The translations under genes and the position numbers were made by a program. 64,000 nucleotides of DNA from the human T2T-CHM13v2.0 reference genome, Homo sapiens, in NCBI RefSeq assembly GCF_009914755.1, contig NC_060942.1; one strand, 5' to 3'. This document shows, in pieces, positions 51,670-64,000 of the stretch. The notes below the pieces were generated by a model. It worked only from the letters and a program-made list of their open reading frames with translations. It was not told the origin of the DNA and did not search any database. Each line of letters begins with the position of its first letter. Within the stretch, counting starts at the first letter, position 1.

Positions 51670-54600
51670 CTCAGCAGCACATCGCACTTACTCTAAAATT
51701 GACCACATAATTGGAAGTAAAACACTCCTCTGCAAATACAAAAGAATGGAAACAGAGACAAAGAGCCTCTCCAGCCACAGTGCAATCAGATTAGAACTCA
51801 GGATTAAGAAACTCACTGAAAAACACACAACTACATGGAAACTGAACAACCTGCTCCTCAATGACTACTGGGTAAATAATGAAATTAAGGCAGAAATAAA
51901 TAAGTTCTTTGAAACTAGTGAGAACAAAGACACAACGTACCAGAATCTCTGGGACACATTTAAAGCAGTGTGTAGAGGGAAATTGATAGCACTAAATGCC
52001 CACAAGAGAAAGCAGGAAATATCTAAAATTGACACCTTAACATCACAATGAAAAGAACTAGAGAAGCAACAGCAAACAAATTCAAAAGTTAGCAGAAGAC
52101 AAGAAATAAGTAATATCAGAGCAGAACTGAAGGAGACAGAGACATGAAAAACCCTTCAAAAAATCAATGAATCCAGGAGCTGGTTTTTTGAAAAGATCAA
52201 CAAAATAGATAGACCTCTAGCCAGACTAATAAAGACAAGAGAGAAGAGTCAAATAGACGCAATAAAAAATGATAAAGGGGATATTACCACTGATCCCACA
52301 GAAAGACAAACTACCATCTGAGAATACTATAGAGACCTCTACGCAAATAAACTAGAAAATCTAGAAGAAATGGATAAATTCCTGGACACATACACCCTCC
52401 CAAGTCTAAACCAGGAAGAAATCAAATCCCTGAATAGGCCAATAACAGGTTTTGAAATTGAGGCAGTGATTAATAGCCTACCAACCAAAAAAAGTCCAGG
52501 ACCAGACGGATCCACAGCCGAATTCTACCAGAGGTACAAAGAGGAGCTAGTACCATTTCTTCTGAAATGATTCCAAACAATAGAAAAAGAGGGAATCCTC
52601 CCTAAATCATTTTATGAGGCCAGCATCATCCTGATACGAAAACCTGACAGAGACACAACAAAAAAAAAAAAAGAAAAATTCAGGCCAATATCCGTGGTGA
52701 ACATTGATGCAAAAATCCTCAATAAAATACTGGCAAACCGAATCCAGCAGCACATCAAAAAGCTTATCCACCACGATCAAGCTGGCTTCATACCTGGGAT
52801 GTAAGGCTGGTTCAACATACACAAATCAGTCAACATAATCCATCACATAAACAGAACCAATGACAAAAACAACATGATCATCTCGATAGATTCAGGAAAG
52901 GCCTTCGACAAAATTCAATACCCCTTCATGCTAAAAGCTCTCAATGAACTAGGTATTTGTGGAACATATCTCAAAATAGTAAGAGCTATTTATGACAGAC
53001 CCACAGCTAATATCATACTGAATGGGCAAAAACTGGAAGCATTCTGTTTGAAAACTGGCACAAGACGACGATGCCCTCTCTTACCACTCCTGTTCAACAT
53101 AGTGTTGGAAGTTCTGGCCAGGGCAATCAGACAAGAAAAAGAAATGAAGAGTATTCAAATAGGAAAAGAGGAAGTCAAATTGTCTCTGTTTGCAGATAAC
53201 ATGATTTTATATTTAGAAAACCCCATTGTCTCAGCCCAAATCTGCTTAAGCTGATAAACAACTTCAGTAAAGTCTCAGGATACAAAATCAATGTGCAAAA
53301 ATCACAAGCTTTCCTATACACCAATAATAGACAAACAGAGGGCCAGATCATGAGTGAACTCCCATTCACAATTGCTACAAAGAGAATTAAATACCTAGGA
53401 ATCCAACTTACAAGGGAAGTGAAGGACCTCTTCAAGAAGAACTACAAACCACTGCTCAAGGAAATAAGAGAGGACACAAACAAATGGAAAAACATTCCGT
53501 GCTCTTGGATAGGAAGAATCAGTATCATGAAAAGGGCCATACTTCCCAAAGTAATTTATAGACTCAATGCTATCCCCATCAAGGTACCATTGACTTTCTT
53601 CACAGACTTAGAAAAAAACTACTTTAACTTCATACGGAACCAAAAAGAGCCTGCATAGCCAAGACAATCCTACGCAAAAAGAAGGAAGCTGGAGGCATCA
53701 CGCTACTTGACTTCAAACTACACTACAAGGCAAGTAACCAAAACAGCATGGTACTGGTACCAAAACAGATATATAGACAAATGAAACAGAACAGAGGCCT
53801 CAGAAATAATACCACACATCTACAACCATCTGATCTTTGACAAACCTGACAAAAACAAGCAATGGAGAAAGGATTCCCTATTTAATAAATGGTGTTGGGA
53901 AAACTGGTTACCAATATGCAGAAAACTGAAACTGGACCCCTTCCTTACACCTTATGCAAAAATTAACTCAAGATGGATTAAAGACTTAAATGTAAGACCT
54001 AAAACCATAACCTTGGGAGAAAACCTAGGCAATACCATTCAGGACAGGCATGGGCAAAGACTTCATGACTAAAACACCGAAGCAATGGCAACAAAAACCA
54101 AAACTGACAAATGGGATCAAATTAAACTAAGGAACTTCTGCACAGTGAAAGAAACTATCATCAGAGTGAACAGGCAACCTACAGAATGGGAGAAAATTTT
54201 TGTAATCTATCCATCTGACAAAGGGCTAATATCCAGAATCTACAAAGAACTTAAACAAACTTACAAGAAAAAAACAAACAACCCCATCAAAAAGTGGGCG
54301 AAGGATATGAACAGACACTTCTCAAAAGAAGACATTTATGCAGCCAGCAAACATATGAAAAAAAGCTCATCATCACTGTTCATTAGAGAAATGCAAATCA
54401 AAACCATAATGAGATACCATCTCACGCTAGTTAGAATGGTGATTATTAAAAAGTCAGGAAACAACAGATGCTGGAGAGGATGTGGAGAAATAGGAACCCT
54501 TTTACACTGTTGGTGGGAATGTAAATTAGTTCAACCATTATGGAAGACAGTGTGGTAATTCCTCAAGGATCTAGAACCAGAAATACTGTTTGACCCAGCA

Positions 54601-55131
54601 ATCCCATTACTGGGTATATACCCAAAGGATTATAAATCATTCTACTATAAAGACACATGCACATGTATGTTTGTTGCGGCACTATTCACAATAGTAGACT
54701 TGGAACCAACCTAAATACCCATCAATGATAGACTTGGATAAAGAAAATGTGGCACATATACACCATGGAATACTGTGCAGCCATAAAAAAGGATGAGTTC
54801 ATGTAGTTTACAGGGACATGGATGAAGCTGGAAACCATCATTCTCAGCAAACTATCACAGGAACATAAAACCAAACACCACATGTTCTCACTCATAAATG
54901 GGAGTTGAACAATGAGAACACACGGACATGGGGGGGGATATCACACACTGGGGCCTATCAGGAGGTTGGGGACTAGGGGAGGGATAACATTAGGAGAAAT
55001 GCCTAACATAGATGAGGGGTTGAAGGGTGCAGCAAACCACCATGGCATGTGTATACCTATGTAATAAACCTGCACGTTCTGCACATGTACCCCAGAACTT
55101 AAAGTATAATAATTAAAAAAAAGAAAATAAA
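51670..55131 (+). mobile_element. L1PA7-class LINE, 5'-truncated (~3.5 kb; broken ORF2)
   Basis: ORF2 fragments at 51746, 52370, 52874 (RT motif degenerate to FADN), 53293 and 54085 (CCHC region), separated by stops and frameshifts; PA7-type 3'UTR; TSD aaattacttacgg / aaattacttacag. Confidence 0.95.
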
Positions 55132-55224
55132 AAATTACTTACAGACAACAAATTCTTTAAAAGTGATTTTTAAATTACAAATTTGTCTTGAATTTACTTT
55201 TTTACTTGGGAATATAGTTACTAT

Positions 55225-55400
55225 TTGTTGAGGTTTCTGCGGTCTTTACATATATTGTTTCATTTAATTCTGAAAACAAGCTTTTGGAGTAGAAGTTACT
55301 ACTCATTTATAGAGGAGTTAATTGTGACTCAGAGAAGTAAAATAATCTACTTCAAGTCACAGATAAGTGGCAAGGCAAAGAACACTGTCATTGTACCACC
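55225..55400 (-). mobile_element. MIR
   Basis: 'ttcatttaattctgaaaacaa...ctcatttatagaggag...gactcagagaagtaaaataatctacttcaagtcacag'. Confidence 0.7.
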
Positions 55401-55883
55401 TTTGCCCTTTGTGGGTTTACAAATCTGCCTCCCAAATAACAGAGAGATCTGATGTGAAGAGGGTGTGTTTAACATGCACATACCAGAAGTTCTTCAACCA
55501 GAATCCCACTCCCAGGCTTCTCCAGATTAAAGGTAGGCACTGTTCCTTGGTGTTAGGTTCTCCCAAGGATACTCTTGCTTTCTGCTCTGGAAACAGGACT
55601 GGGCATGCTCTGTGTTCTGTATCTTAGCAGACAAGTAGCTGGAGGTAAGAAGGAGGTGAGGATCTCAGCTTCTACCCAATCAGATGGCTTCAATTTCTGA
55701 GTGTTTGGGAGGATGTGAAATGTCCCAGCACTCTTCACTCCTACAGATGCTCTTTGGAGATCTCCCTCTAATTAATTTACAGTCTTTGCTTTCAGAAGTG
55801 CTTGAAGGATATAGTCACTGGATCCGTTTGCCTACTTCTCAGCAAGTCTTCTGGGTATGTGACTCATATGTAGAAAATGTGGT

Positions 55884-56321
55884 GTGGTAGCTGTGCGAAT
55901 GTGCCACTCAGATCTCCTGCAGAAGGCATAATTGACTGACAATCCCAGCTACTTGTTCTGAATCCATCACTGCATTTGTGTCAGAGCCACATTTCCCACA
56001 GACTACTCCCAGCCAAGCCAGTGATTAAATGTGTCAGGGATACTAAGACAGGCCTATTTCTACCATGGAGAATTTTTGGAAGCATAACTTTGGTTTAAGG
56101 ACTTCCCATTGGTCTGCTCCAAAACTTAGAGTTTTGCTGTAAGTTGAGTAACTTCCTATCCAACCCTTTCTTCCCTTTCTCCTTCACAGGGGTGAGAGCA
56201 GAATGGTATTTTCAAGGTTCTCTCTGTTGCCACTGGTGCCCTTCCTTTTTCCCTAGTAGGCATTTCCCCCAATACATCTATTGCACATCTACAGTTTCCT
56301 CAGAGAACCCAAACTAACACA
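55884..56321 (+). mobile_element. LTR16-like ERVL solo LTR
   Basis: 'gtgccactcagatctcc...ctactcccagcca...ccccaatacatctattgcacatcta...cagagaacccaaactaacaca'. Confidence 0.68.
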
Positions 56322-56614
56322 TTGGTAATTAATGCCCACTGTCCTTTGTTTTGAAGACTTAGCTAAAATTCTAACTTGAGGCAACAGAAAAAATCACATT
56401 TAATGTCTTGCTATGTATGCTGTAGTTTCAAATTTTGGAATATTTGATTTAATGCCAGATTTTTAAAACGAAAACATTTTTGGGTGGTTGAATGGGGGAG
56501 TAAACTTGAATCAATAGAATATTTGAGACAAATCATTTTAGTATAGCTTCCTGAGATAATTCTCCAGGTTTTTAGTTCAGTTTACTTGTATAAATGGAAA
56601 CTCAACTATAAAGG

Positions 56615-56900
56615 AAATGGCACAATAACAGAAGAGGGTTGATTTGGGACTGAGACCAGCCACTTGGCTCCTGGATTTATCTCTTTCCCTTACTAACTAT
56701 GGTTGTGAATGCATCCCTCCATCTCTCTGCATTATGCCTTCTTGATCTGGAAAATATGAAATTATTTCATTATACCCAAGAGGAAAGTATTATTATTCCC
56801 ATTTTGCAGATGATGAAACTAAGGCTGAGAGAGAAGAATTTAACTTGCCCAAGTTAACCTAGCTAGGACACAATAGGATAAAAATTTGGATAGAAGGGTT
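56615..56900. mobile_element. Two MIR fragments in opposite orientation
   Basis: Plus strand '...tctctctgcattatgccttcttgatctggaaaat'; minus strand 'tattattcccattttgcagatgatgaaactaaggctgagaga'. Confidence 0.68.
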
Positions 56901-57594
56901 GGTGGCTATATAGTGTTTATTCTTTTCATCTATTTTAAACTCCATCCAGTAATCCTTAAGGTGTTTCCAATGATTAATTTTATGGATTTATGCACTTGGA
57001 ATTAAAAAATAACACTTTGTCTAAATGCATATTTTACCTGTGCATGGATTTTCTGTTATGAAGGGAACCACCTTATTGGACAATTTTAGTTTATTTTTTA
57101 TTGGCTGCTTTACTGAGCCTCATCAAATGTATTTGCTTTGCAGAGCTACAGTGGATTAATCCTGAATAAGTAATTCGGAAATGTTTTTATTCATTTCTAT
57201 GGAAACCATCTATTTGGATTTTCATATATCAAGATCATAGAGATTTGTCCCAGTCCAATTGCAATCTTAGTTACAGCAGTGTTGGCTTACATATTAAAGG
57301 CATAGTTTTGCTCTGATGGCCCTTCAGAAATCTGTAATTGATGTGGAACACTGACACTAACAGAATGTGTCCTATGAAGTCCTACGAGTTAGACTTCTGC
57401 AGATTAGTGGAATCTTTCTTGATGGAACAAGCCCTTTGGAATTTATTAACATCATTTGCCTCTCCTATTAACTATTCCCTTCTCACACAATCCATCTGAT
57501 GTGCCTTTGCTGGCATTTTAAAGGGTCAAACCTCCATCTGTGAGTCAAACTGATATCTGAGGTCATATATATCGGAAACATAGTTCTTGACTTT

Positions 57595-58014
57595 TGTATT
57601 AGTCCGTTCTTGCGTTGCTATAAAGAAATAACCCGAGACTAGGTGATTTAGAGAGAAAAGAGGTTTAGTTGGTGCATGGTTCTGCAGGCTGTACAGGAAG
57701 CATGACTGGGGAGGCATCAGGGAGCTTTTATTCGTGGCGCCAGGCAGAGCCAGAGCAGGCATCTTCACATGGGTGGAGCAGAGAACCCTCTCTTCTCTCT
57801 TGGAAGAGAGAATGGGGAGGTGCCACACACTTTTAAAGAACAAGATCTTGTGAGAACTCACTATCAGGAGAACAGTAGCAAAGGGATGGTGCTAAACCAT
57901 TCATGAGAAACCCACCCCCATGATCTAATTCCCTCCCACCAGGCTCCTCCTCCAACATTGGGGATTACAATTCAATAAGAGATTTGACCGGCTACACAGA
58001 TCCAAACCATATCA
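57595..58014 (-). mobile_element. MSTA/B (MaLR) solo LTR
   Basis: 'tgtattagtccgttcttgcgttgctataaagaaata...cagatccaaaccatatca'; perfect TSD acttt. Confidence 0.93.
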
Positions 58015-58336
58015 ACTTTTTACTGTCAGATAGAACTTTTCTTTTGAAATTTTGGGATGAACAATATTTCCTTTATATATTTCTTTTCTACAGAACAAAC
58101 CCCTACCTTTGATTCTCAGAGTATGTCATACTGCCTCCAACATGACTTTACACCTCTGCCCCACCAGCTTTAGGGCTCTTTGTGCCAGGGTCTCCTTTGC
58201 TGAGGGGGCTGTTTGTGGAAAGGTAGGTGGTGGGCTCACGCCATTCAGACCTCCTGGAGGGTGTGCACTGTGTTTAAAGAAAGCATACTGTAGGGGATGG
58301 CCTCGATATCTAAGACTCATGTTAGAAATTTAAGCT

Positions 58337-58666
<330 letters not shown>

Positions 58667-58999
58667 CTATAAATCCTGGAGAGTTTATAATAAATATTCA
58701 AGATTACCTATGTGTCCATCCATCTGTCTCTCTCATCTATCTTTTCTTGTTTCTTTCAAGTCAAATAATTATATAAAATTATTTCTTAAAACATTGATTA
58801 CCTACAACTGATTTATTATCCATAAAACAACATCTAATTTGCCCAAATATTACATAACATCTCTATCAATTCAGTGTCATGAGTTATTTAAAAAGCCAAC
58901 CCAGAAGTCCTAGGCTTTTAATGTAGGAGAAAGTCAGGCCATTTTGATGAACTTTGTTTAGTCTTCCTTCATGCTATGCCTGATAGTATTATAATTATA

Positions 59000-61640
<2,641 letters not shown>

Positions 61641-63204
61641 AGTTCTTGCCTTCACACTTCATTATTCAAACCATCATCCAATACACTAATCTGGAAATGA
61701 TTGTACTACTATTTTTGATCTAGCACTTTTCCATGTGAAAATGGCTTAGTTATTATCTGCTGTATTTTCAAGGACTACCTTACAAACATTAATTGAAAAA
61801 ATATCTCTTATTTTCTACCCATTCTTCATGACTGACTCTGTATACAGCCTTTGCCTCAGTCTTCCTTGAGTCCCCTAGTTGGACATAAACTTCTTTCTGG
61901 AACTCCCACAACACCTTATTTGTATGATTTTATTGCACATATACTTTACATTATGGTTACTTACATATTAAGAGCTTCATCCACACTGGGAGGAATCAGT
62001 AAATAAAAGACTGACTGTAATACTGGGGATATATTTTGGGGATACCAAGAGAGTTATTACATACTAATCCTCATTGTTTGTGAAGAGACCACCTAGGAAG
62101 CAATATTTGTGAATGTTTCCTGAGCTGGAGGCAAGAATCACACCAGTACTATCCATTTGCTTTTCGGAAAAAAGATTTTCATAATAGTAGGGTTAAAATT
62201 CTGGTTTTTCACAGCCATTAAATAAGGGGAACATGGTTAATATGACAAAAGCAACTAGTGGTCACATACTTACAGACCTTTGTATCAAAGGCTATTGTAG
62301 GGCTTATTATATTGGTAGCAGTTAGGATCCAGAACATCCATGTACAATTTACATTTTCAAGATTATGCACATAAAATTTCTGAGTCAGAAATGACTCTGC
62401 TACTCCAGGAATTCTAATACCCCTAAAATCAACCACCATTTAAGCAACTGAGCACTGCTGTGAGCAAACATGGTGGGGAAACACAACATTCAGACGTTGC
62501 CTCTTATACACCAAGGGGCTTAGTTAAAACAAGGCATAAATATTACACATAAAACACCACCAATATTAGAAAATATGTGACAGAAGCTACATGAATAATG
62601 CAGCTGGTAAATATTCTAAAGACATAGAGGAGATGATGACTATTCTAGGGGTGGTCTAGTTAGACACCAGGATTATATCTTCTCATGGGACCTCATATAG
62701 CCTCATGTAGCTTATATAGCCTCAAGGGACTTTGGCTTTAAAGTTCCTTTTCTTTTTTCTTTCTATCCTGTGAATTGGATTAATATAACCAATTGTGTTG
62801 GAAGAGAAAAGAATAAACTTAATATGGCTTTCCATCCCAGCTGGCTTTAATAGTCCCAATTGCTTTTAAGAAAAACTTGTAAGACAAGTAAAGAACTTCC
62901 TGCCAAACTGTATGAATGCCATCTGGCCTGGTGTGGAAGCTTGGTGGTCTAAGTCCATTCATTAAAAAAGTACAATTTACCACAGCTATTCTGGAAGAGC
63001 CTGCAGGTGGAAGGAGCTGCAGTGTTTCTCATCAGAAATGTTAAATGAAAAAAAGGATCAGAGATGAACCAAATAAGCAATGTCCCTGAAGATCCGAAAC
63101 TTAGAGATTTCAAAGTGTTATGGTGAAATAATAATAGTAGTTGGGTAGAACATGAACTGTAGAGTAAAATTGGTGAAAGGGAATCAGAAAAAAAACCAGA
63201 CATA

Positions 63205-64000
63205 ACAGTTGTTTCTTCCAGTTTTTAGATTGCCTTTCACAGACAAAGACTTCTTCCTGTAGATGTATCGGTGGCATTAGTTGGGTAGGGCGCTTTAGTT
63301 TTGATTCTGGGTATGTGCAGTAGGGTAGTTGTTGTATGATTTCTCTGGCTGTCAGTAGTGTCAATGGTGTCTGTGATTTCCTCAGTGGCTTAGGCTGAAG
63401 TTGTTAGTGGAGGCTATGGTGAGACTTTGCTTAGGATGGGGAGGCCAGGTGGGCCAGTCCTGGGGCCCCTGTAATGGCAGTGGTGAGCTAAGCGTGCCTG
63501 TCCTTGGGTCCCCCTGGTGGTGTACATGGGCACTGGTATTAGTGGGTCTAGGAAGACCAATTCTTGGGCCTCCAGGCTACCTGATGGCTGTGACAGCAGT
63601 GGGCTGGGTGGCTGGGCAGGCCTCAGGTTGCTGGGCAGTGTGTATGGCATGCATGATGGCAGTAGCAGTAGTAAGATAACCTCAGGCTCTCAGATGGCAT
63701 GAGCTGGTGTCAGTGGTGGCTGCTATGGCTGGGTGAGGCAGTCCCCAGGCCCCTGGTGACATGTGTGGGTGGTACCAGTGTTGGTGGTGGTAGCAGGCTG
63801 AGTGGGCCTGTTCTCAGGCCTCCAAAAAGAGTGCACAGACGTCAGTGGCGGGAGGTGAGGTGGGGTGATTCTCAGGTTTCGATGGTATGCTTGGGTGCTG
63901 GTGGCAGGTTTTGTGGGACTGTTATTATGGTGCACATGTGCACTTGAGGTGACTGATGGGTCAACTGTTCCAGATTTGAGCAACGTGATTGGAAGCAAAG
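63205..64000 (-). mobile_element. L1M (L1MA-class) 5'UTR/ORF1-start fragment running off the window
   Basis: 'aaagacttcttcctgtagatgtatc...gttgggtagggcgctttagttttgattctggg' followed by GC-rich degenerate repeats ('gggccagtcctggggcccc', 'gggcctgttctcaggcctcc'). Confidence 0.72.

Noticed and set aside
51746-54558. Reverse transcriptase/endonuclease ORFs as a functional or novel RT system
   Set aside because: These are L1PA7 ORF2 fragments with many stops and frameshifts; the catalytic FADD reads FADN; there is no ORF1 or promoter.
58022-58039. 17/18 match to the 22 kb TSD (actgtcagatagaacttt)
   Set aside because: No extension on either side and no associated tail or element; likely chance or a tiny MER3-like remnant.
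63430-64000. GC-rich repeated units resembling a regulatory array or CRISPR-like repeat
   Set aside because: They are degenerate L1M 5'UTR monomers, CpG-depleted, without identical repeats or regular spacers.

Overview
This is primate, almost certainly human, genomic DNA: it carries an AluYa5 with all five subfamily diagnostics and young L1PA2-4 fragments. The window is AT-rich, repeat-dense and non-coding (intergenic or deep intronic). I find no supportable host protein-coding gene; every informative ORF in the track comes from an Alu, an L1 ORF2 remnant, an LTR, a CR1/L3 relic or low-complexity sequence. Much of the window is interspersed repeat: a near full-length L1MA, a long L1MC/MD, a 3.5-kb L1PA7, about 10 Alus, about 11 solo LTRs (THE1, MST, MLT1, MLT2, LTR18, LTR16, MER68-like), hAT DNA transposon relics (MER3, MER5, MER20, MER94), and MIR/L2/L3 relics. 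I do not see a new multi-gene biological system. The most interesting features are retrotransposition products. (1) A poly(A)-tailed ~510-bp retrocopy with a perfect 18-bp TSD splits a MER3 at 22074-22621 and looks like the 3' end of a spliced non-coding transcript with an L1MA-derived last exon. (2) A poly(A)-tailed mRNA 3'UTR retrocopy lies at 35534-35859, 19 bp from an L1PA2 with a 28-bp micro-inversion. (3) A TSD-flanked orphan insert at 37589-37804 carries an antisense internal L1MA piece. (4) An L1PA3/4 and an AluYa5 inserted back-to-back at the same TTAA. (5) A TSD-less, 5'-truncated AluSc sits in an older L1. (6) Three twin-primed L1s. Repeat subfamily names are from recalled consensus features, not a database search, and boundaries of old repeats are approximate.
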